Positions 29,935 through 40,136 of a stretch of 64,000 bases of DNA are shown here, piece after piece. This DNA is from an uncultured delta proteobacterium (GTDB lineage: Bacteria; Myxococcota; Myxococcia; Myxococcales; Myxococcaceae). The stretch lies in NCBI GenBank assembly GCA_963776345.1, contig CAVZMH010000003.1:128001-192000 (forward strand). The letters are read 5' to 3'. The notes beneath the pieces are model-generated. The model was given only the letters and a program-made list of their open reading frames with translations. It did not search any database and was not told the DNA's origin. The position numbers were made by a program, and so were the translations under genes. Numbering within the stretch: the stretch's first letter is position 1; every line of letters starts with the position of its first letter.

Positions 29935-30936
29935 CTCGGCCCCCGTCGCGCCGGTGGGGGCGCTCCCAGCGCCACCGCCCAGACGAGCCGCTGGAGCGCC
30001 TGGACCTCGTCGCGGACCCCGAGCACGTAGGCGATGAGCGGCGCCGAGCTCAGCGGCGCGGTGCGAGCGCGGGCCCGCGCGATGCCCAGCGCCGCCGCCC
30101 AGGCGCGCGCCCGTGCGAGCGCGGCCCCTCCCGCGCCGGAGAAGGCGCGCTCGAACGGCGAGCCGGCGAAGCCCTCGCGGGCCAGCGCCAGCGCCGCCGC
30201 GACCGAGCCCGCAGCGGCGATGGTCTTCCACCGCGCGAGCGGGAACCGCACCCCGCCGGGGACGGGCTCGAGCTCCGGGCGGTCGCCGGTGCTGCCGGCC
30301 AGCATCACCGCGGTGAGCGTGTTCTCGAGGTCGATGGTCGCGGCGACGTACCGGCGGAGCTCGGCATCCACCCGGCCGGCTGCCGCGGTGGCGCGCGACG
30401 CCCAGGAGCGGGTGAGCGCCGAGTCCAGCGCGAGCAGATCCGGTGGTCCGGGCGCCCGGGGGGTGGCGAGCGCGTCGGCGTCGGGGTGACGCCAGGCGGC
30501 GAGAAGTGCCGCCATCGCCGGGACCGTGGTCTGGGCCGCCAGGGTGGCCAGGGCGCCGGTGGGCAGGGTCGGGGTGGGCAGCGTCCCCCGGAGGCGGTCC
30601 GCCGGCGCGGCGCCCTCGACCACGCCGTGGAGCAACAGCCGCAGGTCGCGCCGGTCCTCCTCTCCGAGCAGCACGGTGAGGACGTCCGGCAGCGTCCGCG
30701 CACCAGCGGGCGAGCGCCAGGAGCCGCGCTCCGGCCCGGCGGCGGATGGCGGCCTCCAGCGCCTCGGCGGTGGGAGCGCCTGGACCGGCCAGGACGAGCG
30801 GGTCTGGCCCCGTGCGGAGCCGCTCGGCCACCACGGCGAGGTCCGGCGCGGCCCGCAGCTCGTCCCAGGCGGCGGGCAGGAGCAGGTGCGTGGACAGCCC
30901 GCGCGCACGGGCGATGCCGGCGTCCAGGGCGCTCAT
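29931..30936 (-). pseudogene. ntpC: A/V-type ATP synthase subunit C (d/AC39), frameshift near 30697
   Basis: ARARGL N-terminus, then [29 protein letters not shown] in another frame; operon position. Confidence 0.75.
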
Positions 30937-31514
30937 CCCGTCGCCTCCAGCGCCGGCCCGAGCGCGATGGCCAGCGCGGGTCGCTCCAGCGCCAGCCGGA
31001 CCGGGAGGGTGAGGTCGACCGTGAGCCGGCCCTCGTCGGCAGTGCAGTGCAGGCCTGCCACCACCTCGGGCGAGGGGACCACGGTCAGCGCCGAGCCAGA
31101 GGTCCAGCCGCGCACCCGGTCCGCATCGTCCGGCGCGCAGCGCAGCGTGCCGGGGTCGGCTCCCAGCAACTCGCGGAGACGCCCGATGGTGGTCTCCAGC
31201 GCCTGCGCGTACTCGGGCCAGCCCAGGACTCCGGGAGCGCGCGCCCGCGCGGCCTCGAACACCCGGTCGAGGAGCGCCGCCCGTGCACGCAGCAGACGCG
31301 CGGCGGCCTCGCGCCGCAGCGCCACCCGCCTCCGCTCCGAGGCCTGACGGAGCCGGGCGCGCTCGCCATCGAGGATGCGCCTGAGCTTCTCGTCGGCCTC
31401 GGCGCGCGCGGTGGAGCGGATGGCCTCCGCCTCGCCGCGGGCGGCGGACAGCAGCCCGGCGACCTCCTCCTCGTTCGAGCGCTCCAGCGCCTCGAGCAGG
31501 TCCGGCAGGGGCAA
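30933..31514 (-). CDS. ntpE: A/V-type ATP synthase subunit E
   Basis: Charged coiled-coil N-terminus, VAGL...GRLTVDLTLPVRL; positioned between K and C. Confidence 0.78.
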   Translation of the reverse strand: MPLPDLLEALERSNEEEVAGLLSAARGEAEAIRSTARAEADEKLRRILDGERARLRQASERRRVALRREAAARLLRARAALLDRVFEAARARAPGVLGWPEYAQALETTIGRLRELLGADPGTLRCAPDDADRVRGWTSGSALTVVPSPEVVAGLHCTADEGRLTVDLTLPVRLALERPALAIALGPALEATG

Positions 31515-31516
31515 GA

Positions 31517-31738
31517 TCAGCCCCCGGCGCGGAGCATGATGAACATCGCCACCACGAAGCCGAGGATGGACATCGTCTCCGGGATGGCGAGCATCACGAT
31601 GACCGTGGTGCTCAGCTCGGGCTTCTCCGCGAGGCTCGCCGCGGCCGCCGGACCGATGCGCGACTGTGCCCAGGCGGTTGCCAGGGCGGGGACGGCGATG
31701 GCCGCCGCGGCGCTGAGGGTGATCCAGAAGATCTGCAT
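31517..31738 (-). CDS. ntpK: A/V-type ATP synthase proteolipid subunit K/c (single hairpin)
   Basis: 73 aa, AWAQSRIG...AEKPE...AIPETMSILGFVV with the ion-binding Glu. Confidence 0.92.
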   Translation of the reverse strand: MQIFWITLSAAAAIAVPALATAWAQSRIGPAAAASLAEKPELSTTVIVMLAIPETMSILGFVVAMFIMLRAGG

Positions 31739-33619
31739 CAGTGCGTCCTCCAGTGGGTGAATGGGCGGTACCGCACCCCTCCCGGGCTGTAGAAGCGCCC
31801 GAAGAACTCGACGTAGTGCAGACGGAGCGCGTGGACGGTGGGGCTGAAGAGCCCGAGCGCGAAGTTCACCAGGTGGAAGAGCAGGGCGAAGATGGCGCCC
31901 ACCACCACGCTGCCCATCGCCCCGGCGAGCCGGTTGGCGATGACGGCCAGCATCACCGACGCGGTCCCCAGGGCCATGATGCGGGCGTAGGAGAGGATGT
32001 TGCCCATCGTCGCCAGCAGCTCCACCGGCGCCACGATGCCCTCGGCGATGACCAGCACCGGGAACGCCACCAGGAGCGCCACCACCGCCGGGGTGAGGAG
32101 CTGGGCGGGCAGGCGGTCCAGCGCGGCCAGCAGCGCGACGATCACCAGGAGGATCATCACCGCCGACAGCCCGCGCCCGAGCGCCTGCCGCTTGTGCGCG
32201 TGGAAGGCGTTGATGACGCCGAGCACCAGCCCCAGGAGCACGTGCACCCCGCCGATGCCGACGCACAGCACCAGGAAGGAGACGATGTCCTTCGGCTCCT
32301 CGCGGTCCAGCAGCAGCGGGTGGAGCCCGAACACACCTGCGCCCCGCGTCGCCGAAGAACTCGCCGAAGAGGACGCCGAAGATGATGGTGAAGACCGCGC
32401 AGACCAGGGCGATCTGCGCGACCGCATGGAGCGGCGTCCCCGGCCGCGAGCGCCGATGCAGGAAGACCCCCAGCCCGAGCATCGCCAGCCCGTAGCCGAT
32501 GTCGCCGAGCATCAGGCCGAAGAACACCGGGAAGAACACCGCCACGAAGGGCGTCGGGTCGATGCTCCCGTATGTCGGGAGCGGGAGCATCTCCACCAGC
32601 AGCTGGAACGGACGGAAGAGCCGCGGGTTCTGGAGCACCACCGGGGCGCCGACGTCCGGGGCGGCCGGGAGCTCCTCCACGGTGATCTCCGGGCCGATCC
32701 GCTCGCGCAGCGCCTCGCCGAGCGCCGGCAGGTCCGGCGCGGGCACCCACCCCTCGAGGACGAACGCGGTGCGAGTCGAGGCGGCGAGCCCCACCGCCTC
32801 CAGGCGAGAGATGGCGTCCTGCGCAGTGGCGAGCATCAGTGGGAGCACCTCGGCCGCTGCGGCGGCCTGGGCCTTCCTCTCCGACTCGACCTCGTCGAGC
32901 AGCGCCGGCAGCGCCTCGAGCCGCACCCGCATCCTCGGAAGGGCCTCGACCGCCGTGGCACGCTCGTAGCCGGCGGGCAGCGGGACCTCCTGCACGCCGC
33001 TCTCGGTGAGGAGCCGCTCCACCCGGCCCGTTCGCGGCAGCGGGACCAGGAGGAGCAACGCGGTGTCCCCGGCCGAGAGGGTGCGGGTGCGCAGCTCGAA
33101 CGCAGAGTCGAGCACCTCGGCGAGCGCCTGGCGGAGCGGCTCCACCACTGCGGCCTGCCCCGGCCGGAGGACGACGTGGTACGCGCGCACCGCCGCCGGG
33201 ATGCCGTCCGCCGCGAACAGCCCGGCGAAGGCGTTCAGCATCTCGCGGTACTTGCCGAGCAGCGCCTGCTCCTCCTCGAGGCGCTGCCGGCGGTCCCGGA
33301 GCTGCTCCGCGCTCTGACGCAGCCGGCGCGCCTGGCGGGCCCAGCTGGCCCACGGCGCCGGGTCGGGCGCGGCCTGGGTCGCCACCGCCGGCGCGAGCGG
33401 GAGCGCGAGGAGCGACCGCGCGGTCTCGGCGTCCGCGACCAGCGTCCGGAGCTGCCGGACCAGGCGCTGCTCGCGTCGGGTGGTGGGAGACGGGTTGAGC
33501 GCCGGCAAGCGCGGCGGCGTGCCGAGGTGCATCGACCCCAGGTCCTGCAGGACACGCAGCGTGCGCTCCAGCTCGCGCCGCGGCCCCATCACCCGGACGC
33601 GGCGCATGGTGCGGATCAC
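31738..33619 (-). pseudogene. ntpI: A/V-type ATP synthase subunit I (a), frameshift near 32340
   Basis: LEGWVP, PTYGSIDPT, FFGLMLGDIGYG, GEFFG; then GNILSYARIMALG and HALRLHYVEFF in another frame. Confidence 0.93.
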
Positions 33620-33936
33620 GTCCGGCCTCCCGAGAGCAGGGTCCGGAGGACCTGGTCGGCGAGCGCCGCGACGCGGGCGCCGCCCACGGCGGACAGCCGC
33701 TCCACCTGGGCGGCGGTCTCGGCCTCGAGGCGGGCCAGCTCCGTCGCCTGCGCCCGCTCCTCCTCCTCGGCAAGGGCCTGCCGCGCCCGCGTCAGCTCCG
33801 CGGCCGAATCGCTGGCCTGGGCCTGGGCGTCAACCCGGGCCGCCTCCACGAGCGCACGGGCCTCACGCCGCGCAGCGTCGACGCGCGCGGTGAACGCCTG
33901 CTCCGCCTCGAGGAGCCGTCCGAGGTCCGCTCCCAT
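33616..33936 (-). CDS. A/V-type ATP synthase subunit G/H (peripheral stalk)
   Basis: 106-aa Ala/Glu/Arg coiled coil, first gene of the operon, stop overlaps the ntpI start. Confidence 0.65.
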   Translation of the reverse strand: MGADLGRLLEAEQAFTARVDAARREARALVEAARVDAQAQASDSAAELTRARQALAEEEERAQATELARLEAETAAQVERLSAVGGARVAALADQVLRTLLSGGRT

Positions 33937-33948
33937 GCTCCACGGGAG

Positions 33949-34050
33949 TGCAACGGCTGGACCCTTGCATTGCGAGAGGGCGCTTTCCCAGCGCCTGGTC
34001 CTCGGCCCCGCAGTGGATGCGTGCCCCGGGGGGTGCGCGCAATTCCTGCA
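33949..34050 (-). promoter_or_regulatory. Candidate sigma54 promoter of the V-ATPase operon with two CGCA-N5-TGC(G/A) boxes
   Basis: Boxes at 34009-34021 and 34038-34050. Minus-strand GGGTCCAGCCGTTGCA (GG 33963-62, GC 33951-50) overlaps a plus-strand CGGCTGGACCCTTGCA. Confidence 0.5.
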
Positions 34051-34370
34051 CTTGCGGGCCCGCCGGACCGGCCGGCGCGGTCCTCATCGAGGGTGACTCG
34101 CCGCGCCGGTCGGTCATGGATCGGGCGCTCAGCGCGACGAGGTCAGCGTGACGCCGAAGGAGCCGAGCTCGTCTCGAGGCCCGGACCCATCACGCCCGGC
34201 CCCGGCCCCGGAGCGGCCCTTCGCGAGGGGGAGCGTCGGTCCCGCGTCGTCTGGATCCGGTGACGGATACGCAACCAGCTCGCAAGTACATCGTCGAACC
34301 CCCGGTTGGCGCCGAGGCGCCGGTCGGGGTGGGTGTCTCACGATATCTGACAACGTAAACGAGGGTCGCA

Positions 34371-34595
34371 TTGAGCACCGGATCGATCGAACGAAGCTCC
34401 CACCTGACGAAGGTGGTTCCTTTCCCCCGCCGCCGGCGCCTGCTGCCGAGGGCGGTGCTGCTCCTGCTCGGCTATGCCGGCGGGGTCTGGCTGCTGGTCC
34501 GCGACTACGTGGTCCAGAGCCGATCCGCCGAGGTGAGTCTGGCCGCGGGCCAGACCTCGCCGGAGGCGTCGCAAGAGCTGGCTGTCGAGCCCTGA
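34371..34595 (+). CDS. Small single-TM hypothetical protein
   Basis: 74 aa: basic patch (VVPFPRRRR) followed by a hydrophobic helix; GAGGG upstream; followed by a GC hairpin. Confidence 0.45.
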   Translation: MSTGSIERSSHLTKVVPFPRRRRLLPRAVLLLLGYAGGVWLLVRDYVVQSRSAEVSLAAGQTSPEASQELAVEP

Positions 34596-34618
34596 GTCCG
34601 CGAGTCGGCCGACGCTGT

Positions 34619-34653
34619 CCCCTCGCGGGCCCTTCCCCGGGGACCGCGAGGGG
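34619..34653. terminator. GC-rich hairpin, possible terminator
   Basis: CCCCTCGCGG...CCGCGAGGGG stem after the 34595 stop; no clear U-tract. Confidence 0.35.
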
Positions 34654-34730
34654 TGGGTCCTGCACCTGGTGACATCGTCGCAGACCGCTTGCCTGACGAG
34701 CCCGGCGTTGAGTATCAGCCCCGGTTCTCC

Positions 34731-35664
34731 ATGCCTGGCCTGGCGATCGAGGTGGAGCGGCTGGTCAAGCGCTTCGGCGACCTGGTCGCCGTGGACGGCA
34801 TCGACCTCTCGGTGCCGGCCGGGACCTGCCTCGGTCTGCTCGGGCCGAACGGGGCGGGGAAGACCACCACGGTGGAGATCCTCGAGGGCCTCCAGCGGCC
34901 CACCTCCGGGACCGTTCGGGTCCTCGGACGCTCGTGGGACGACGACCCGGACGCCATCCGGGCTCGCATCGGGGTGAGCCTTCAAGAGACGCGCTTCCAC
35001 GAGAAGCTCACCGTGGAGGAGACCCTCACCCTGTTCCGCAGCTTCTACCCGCGCGGGCTGGCGGTGGAGGCGGCGCTCGGCCCAGGTGGCGCTGGAGGAC
35101 AAGCGCCGGGCGCGGGTGGGCACGCTCTCCGGCGGCCAGAAGCAGCGGCTGGCGCTCGCCGTGGGCCTGGTCGGCGACCCCGAGCTGCTCTTCCTCGACG
35201 AGCCCACCACCGGGCTCGACCCGGTGAGCCGCCGGGGGCTGTGGACCATCATCGAGGGGCTCAAGGGCCGCGGCCGCACCGTGGTGCTGACCACGCACTA
35301 CATGGAGGAGGCCGCCGTGCTCTGCGACGACATCGTCATCGTGGACCACGGGAGGGTCGTGGCCCGCGGCAGCCCCGAGGCGCTGGTGCACTCGCTGGGG
35401 GGCGAGCAGCTGATCGAGTTCGTGGCCCGGCCGTCGCTCCCTCCCGAGGCGCTCGAGCGGGTGCCCGGGCTCAGCGGCCGGCGGCAGCGGGGCGAGACGG
35501 TGTCGCTCTCGGTCCAGGCGCTGCACGAGGCCGTTCCGGCGCTGCTGCGCCTCGCCGACGAGCAGCGGAGCGAGCTGGTCCGGCTGTCCACGCGCGCGGC
35601 CACGCTCGACGACGTCTTCCTCGCGCTCACCGGGCGGACGCTGGCCGAGGCGGAGGAAGCATGA
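34731..35664 (+). pseudogene. ABC-2 exporter ATP-binding protein, frameshift near 35080
   Basis: GPNGAGKTT in the first frame; LSGGQKQRL, LFLDEPTTGLD, TTHYMEEA in the next frame. Confidence 0.9.
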
Positions 35665-36707
35665 CCGGCGCGGCCGGGTGGCTGAACCCACGGTGGCAGC
35701 TGTTCCTGATGCGGCTGCGGACGTTCACTCGCGAGCCCTCGGCCACCTTCTGGGTCTTCGGCTTCCCCTTGCTGATGTCCGTCGCGCTCGGGCTCGCCTT
35801 CCGGAACCAGGGGGCGACCCGGCTCTCGGTCGCGGTGGCCGAGGGGCCGGAGCGGTCGGCGGTGCTCTCCGCGCTCGGGGCGAGCGAGGGGCTGAGCGCC
35901 TCGGCGATGACGCTCGAGGAGGCGCGCGAGGCGCTCCGGCGCGGCCGGGTGGCGCTGGTGGTCGTCCCCGCCGCGACGCCCCGGCTCCTGCTCGACCCCA
36001 CGCAGCCCGATGCCCGCACCGCGCGGCTGCTCGCGGTGGACGCGATCCAGCGGGCGGCCGGGAGGAGCGATCCGCGCGCGCTCGCCGAGGAGCAGGTGAC
36101 GGTGCCGGGAACCCGGTACATCGACTTCCTCGTCCCCGGGCTGCTCGGGTTCGGGCTCATGTCGTCCAGCATCTGGGGCCTGGGGTGGGTGGTGGTGCAG
36201 ATGCGGATGGGGAAGCTCCTTCGCCGCCTCGCCGCCACCCCGATGCGCCGGCTCGACTTCCTGCTGGCCTTCGCCGCGGGAAGGCTCCTGCTCGCGCTGC
36301 TCGAGGTGCTCTTCTTCCTCGGCTTCGCCCGCCTGATCTTCGACGTGCGGGTGGCCGGAAGCGCGGTGACCTTCGTGGTCTGGGCGCTGGCCGGAGCCCT
36401 GTCCTTCGCCGGCCTCTCGGCGCTGGTGGCCAGCCGGGCGGAGAGCTCCGAGACCGCCGGCGGGCTGATGAACCTGGTCACCCTGCCGATGACCGTGCTG
36501 TCCGGCGTCTTCTTCTCCGCCAGCCACTTCCCCGCGTGGCTCCAGCCGGTGCTCCGGGCGCTCCCGCTCACCGCGCTCATCGACGGGCTCCGGGCCATCT
36601 CCATCGACGGCGCCGGGGCGGCGGCGCTCGCGTGCCCGGACTGGTGCTGCTGGCCTGGGGCGCGGGGAGCTTCGCCCTCGCGCTCCGACTCTTTCGCTGG
36701 AGCCTGA
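35661..36707 (+). CDS. ABC-2 exporter permease
   Basis: REPSATFWVFGFP, RYIDFLVPGL, LSGVFF, LPLTALIDGLR. The last TM (VPGLVLLAWGAGSFALALRLFRW) reads in a shifted frame from ~36631, suggesting compensating indels. Confidence 0.88.
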   Translation: MTGAAGWLNPRWQLFLMRLRTFTREPSATFWVFGFPLLMSVALGLAFRNQGATRLSVAVAEGPERSAVLSALGASEGLSASAMTLEEAREALRRGRVALVVVPAATPRLLLDPTQPDARTARLLAVDAIQRAAGRSDPRALAEEQVTVPGTRYIDFLVPGLLGFGLMSSSIWGLGWVVVQMRMGKLLRRLAATPMRRLDFLLAFAAGRLLLALLEVLFFLGFARLIFDVRVAGSAVTFVVWALAGALSFAGLSALVASRAESSETAGGLMNLVTLPMTVLSGVFFSASHFPAWLQPVLRALPLTALIDGLRAISIDGAGAAALACPDWCCWPGARGASPSRSDSFAGA

Positions 36708-38369
36708 GCGCGCGGAGCCGGGCAGCGGCCACGAGGACGCCGGGCGCGTGCTCATCTCCTCCAGCCACTGCGCCTCGCCGAGCCGGGCGATGGCGGCCTG
36801 CTGCCGGCCGAGCTGCTCCTCGCAATAGGGGAGGAGCGCCTCGAAGTGGAGGTAGAGGACCGAGAGCGTGGCGAAGGCCTCGAGGCCTGACGGGTTGCGG
36901 GACACCACCCGGGCGAGCGCCCTCCAGAAGGGCCCGCGGAGTCTCCGGGTCCGGGTGGCGGTCCAGCAGAGCCGGAAGAAGGTCCTGACGTTTCGAAGGA
37001 AGAGCCGGAACCCGGGGACGAGGTTGGGGAGGGTGTTCAGCCGGACGACCGCCTCGGCGCATCGCGCGAAGTAGTGTGACGGCTCGAAGGAGTGCCGCAG
37101 GACGCGCAGCAGGTCGTCCAGCACCTGCGATGGCGGCCGTCGGGTCCGGAACTGGATGCCCGCCGAGATCTGGTCCCGGATCGCCTCGTCGTCGAAGTTC
37201 CGTGCGGCCGGAAAGAGCCGGCCTTCGGCGTCCAGCCGCCGGGCCAGCTGCGTGCCGGGCAGCGGATAGACCACGCCCGCCATCACCCAGGGGATGGAGG
37301 TGGCGTCGATGCACTGGATGATCCGCTCGCCGATGTCGGCCGCCTCGTCGTCCAGGCCGAGCAGGAACCCCGAGTGGACGGTGGCGCCGGCCTGGCGGTA
37401 GATCCGATCGACCGCCTCGGGGATGGAGAAGCCGGTGTTCTGCGGCTTGAGCGCGGTGCGCAGGGCCTCGGGGTCCGGGGTCTCGATCCCCACCAGGAAG
37501 TACTTGAAGCGCGCGGCGCGAAAGAGCGCCAGGAGCTCCTCGTCCTGCGCGACGTTGAGGGTGACGCTGGTCGAGAACTGGAAAGGTTGCCCGTGGCTCT
37601 CCAGCCAGCCGGCGAGCTCGCGGAGCAGGGCCTTGGCCTTCGGGACGTGGCCCACCAGGTTGTCGTCGAAGAAGTCGACCTGTCCTCGGTAGCCGAGCCG
37701 GTACAGCGCCTCGATCTCGGCGAGGACCTGCGCCGGGCTCTTGGTGCGGTAGCGGTGGTCGAACAGGTCGATGACGTTGCAGAATTCGCAGTGGTGGGGG
37801 CACCCCCGCGAGAACTGGACCGCCATGTAGAGGTAGTCCCGGTGGTCCACCAGATCGAACCGGGGGACGGGCGTCCCGGCGAGGTCCGCGGTGCCCCCCG
37901 GCTCGTAGACCCCGGAGGTGATTCCCCGGGCGAGATCGGCGAGAAACCTGGGGAGGGTGAGCTCGGCCTCGCCCAGGCAGAGGGCCAGGGGACCCACGCT
38001 CCGGTACAGCGCGGGGTGCAGCGTGGGGTCCGGTCCTCCGACCACCACCACCTTCTTCAGCGCCACCGCCTGGCGGATGACCGCCAGAGCCCGTTGCCGG
38101 TGGACGATCTTGCACCCCACCAGGACCAGATCCGCCCAGTGGAGGTCCGCGTCCTCCAGAGGACGCACGTTCTCGTCCACCAGCCGGAGCTCCCAGTCGG
38201 GCGGGAGGAGTGCGGCCACGGTGAGCAGCCCGAGCGGTGGGGTCATGTACTTCACCCCCACCAGCTGGCAGACCCGCTCGAAGTTCCAGAAGGAGAAGCT
38301 GCCGAACTTGGGCCAGACCAGCAGTGCGCGTCGCCGTGGGCCGCTGCCGTCCTGTGGGGGTCCCCTCAT
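36705..38369 (-). CDS. B12-binding radical SAM protein (DUF4070-type); true stop unresolved, ORF track runs on to 35298
   Basis: PPLGLLTVAALLP, VVGGPDPT, QFSRGCPHHCEFC (CxxxCxxC), FFDDNL, VGIETPD, PLPGTQL. Protein-like sequence fades near 36750. Confidence 0.85.
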
Positions 38370-38403
38370 CTCGGGGACCTTGGTGCAGCCCAGGTGAATG
38401 CGT

Positions 38404-38419
38404 CTTGACCGTGGTCAAG
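38404..38419. promoter_or_regulatory. Perfect palindrome, FNR/CRP-family-like box
   Basis: CTTGAC-cgtg-GTCAAG between the divergent rSAM and NifA-like genes; resembles TTGAT-N4-ATCAA. Confidence 0.45.
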
Positions 38420-38463
38420 CCGGCTTGCGGCCCTCCCGGCGCCCCTGGTACGGCTTATGGCTC

Positions 38464-40053
38464 GTGCCCAGGCGCGCCAACCTTGCACGGGATGATCAGC
38501 GGGCGCTCGCCGTGCTCGCCGAGATCGGGCGGGCGCTGGCCCGCGCCGGCGAGCCCCGCTCTGCCCTGGAGCGTGCGCTCGAGCTGCTCGAGGGGGCGAT
38601 GGGGATCGTCCGCGGGGCGGTCTTCCTCTTCCACGAGGACTCCGGGGCGCTCCAGGTCGACGCCGCGGTGGGCATCACCGACGAGGGCCTCGGGGCGCGC
38701 TACCGGCCGGGGGAGGGCATCATCGGCCGGGTCTTACAGTCGGGCCGCCCGGTGGTGGTGCCCGCCAGCGCCCGCGAGCCCCTGCTCCTGAACCGCGCGT
38801 TCCAGCGGCGGCGCACCGGCGCCCCCGAGGTCAGCGTCCTCTGCGTGCCCATCGCCTTCGACCGGCAGCCGGCCGGAGTCCTGGTGGTGGACGTGCCCTT
38901 CCGCGAGGGGCGGGACTTCCAGTCCGAGATGCAGTTCCTCGGCGTGGTGGCGGCGATGATGGCGCAGGCGCTCCGGGCGCAGCGGGCCATCGAGGACGAG
39001 CGCAGCCGGCTCGTGGCGGAGAACAAGAACCTCCGCTCCGAGCTGGAGGAGCGTTACGACCTGTCCAACATCGTCGGCACCAGCGGGCCGATGAAGCAGG
39101 TCTACGAGCAGATTGCCCAGGTGGCGCAGACCACCACCACCGTCCTCATCCGCGGCGAGTCCGGCACCGGCAAGGAGCTCATCGCCCACGCCATCCACTA
39201 CAACTCCCCGCGCGCCCAGAAGCCCTTCGTCAAGGTGAGCTGCGCCGCGCTCCCGGACACGCTGATCGAGTCCGAGCTCTTCGGCTACGAGAAGGGGGCC
39301 TTCACCGGGGCGCAGGCCAGGAAGCGTGGCCGCTTCGAGCTGGCGCACGGCGGGACGCTGTTCCTCGACGAGGTGGGCGAGCTCAACCTCGCCACCCAGG
39401 TGAAGCTCCTCCGCGTGCTGCAAGAAGGCGAGTTCGAGCGGCTGGGCGGCACCGAGACCATCAAGGCCGACTTCCGTCTCGTCGCCGCCACCAACCGGGA
39501 CCTGGAAGCGGCGATGGCCGAGAAGCAGTTCCGCGAGGACCTGTACTACCGGCTGAACGTCTTCTCCATCTTCGTCCCGCCGCTCCGCGACCGGAAACCG
39601 GACATCATGCTCCTGGCCGATCACTTCCTCATCAAGTACGCGCGGCGGCACAACAAGAGCATCAAGCGCATCGCCACTCCGGCCATCGACATGCTGATGA
39701 GCTACCACTGGCCGGGGAACGTCCGCGAGCTGGAGAACACCCTCGAGCGCGCGGTGCTCACCTGCGACGGGCAGGTCATCCACGGGCACCATCTGCCGCC
39801 CACGCTCCAGACCGCCGAGGCCTCTGGCACCACCGTGCAGTCCTCGCTCTCCGACGCCATCGAGCAGTACGAGAAGGACCTCATCCTCGATGCGCTGAAG
39901 AGCGCACGGGGCAACCGGGCCAAGGCGGCGCGGCTGCTCGGGACCACCGAGCGGATCATCGGCTACAAGATCCGCAAGTACGAGATCGAGGTGTCCCGGT
40001 TCCGCGGCGCGCCGTCGCCGGCGGCGGTGCGGCGGAGGACCGGGACCCGCTAA
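38464..40053 (+). CDS. NifA/AnfA-like sigma54 enhancer-binding protein (GAF-AAA-HTH)
   Basis: GAF (YRPGEGIIGRV, LCVPI), GESGTGKE, ESELFG, GAFTGA, LFLDEVGE, WPGNVRELEN, GNRAKAARLLG HTH. Start at GTG 38464 or ATG 38398. Confidence 0.93.
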   Translation: MPRRANLARDDQRALAVLAEIGRALARAGEPRSALERALELLEGAMGIVRGAVFLFHEDSGALQVDAAVGITDEGLGARYRPGEGIIGRVLQSGRPVVVPASAREPLLLNRAFQRRRTGAPEVSVLCVPIAFDRQPAGVLVVDVPFREGRDFQSEMQFLGVVAAMMAQALRAQRAIEDERSRLVAENKNLRSELEERYDLSNIVGTSGPMKQVYEQIAQVAQTTTTVLIRGESGTGKELIAHAIHYNSPRAQKPFVKVSCAALPDTLIESELFGYEKGAFTGAQARKRGRFELAHGGTLFLDEVGELNLATQVKLLRVLQEGEFERLGGTETIKADFRLVAATNRDLEAAMAEKQFREDLYYRLNVFSIFVPPLRDRKPDIMLLADHFLIKYARRHNKSIKRIATPAIDMLMSYHWPGNVRELENTLERAVLTCDGQVIHGHHLPPTLQTAEASGTTVQSSLSDAIEQYEKDLILDALKSARGNRAKAARLLGTTERIIGYKIRKYEIEVSRFRGAPSPAAVRRRTGTR

Positions 40054-40136
40054 GCTGACTGCGGCCGCCCGGATCTCGCCAACTGCAGCCCGCCTGACGT
40101 CACCCTGACCCGGACCTCGACCGCGGCCGCCCTGAC

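Noticed and set aside
31517..33619. Apparent subunit I-K fusion, and similarly C-F at 29605-30936 and ATPase-permease at 34653-36707
   Set aside because: Produced by frameshifts. The true C-termini are present in adjacent frames with normal stop/start overlaps.
38398..40053. Nitrogen fixation inferred from the NifA-like gene
   Set aside because: No nif structural genes and no TGT-N10-ACA site seen at the neighbouring promoter.
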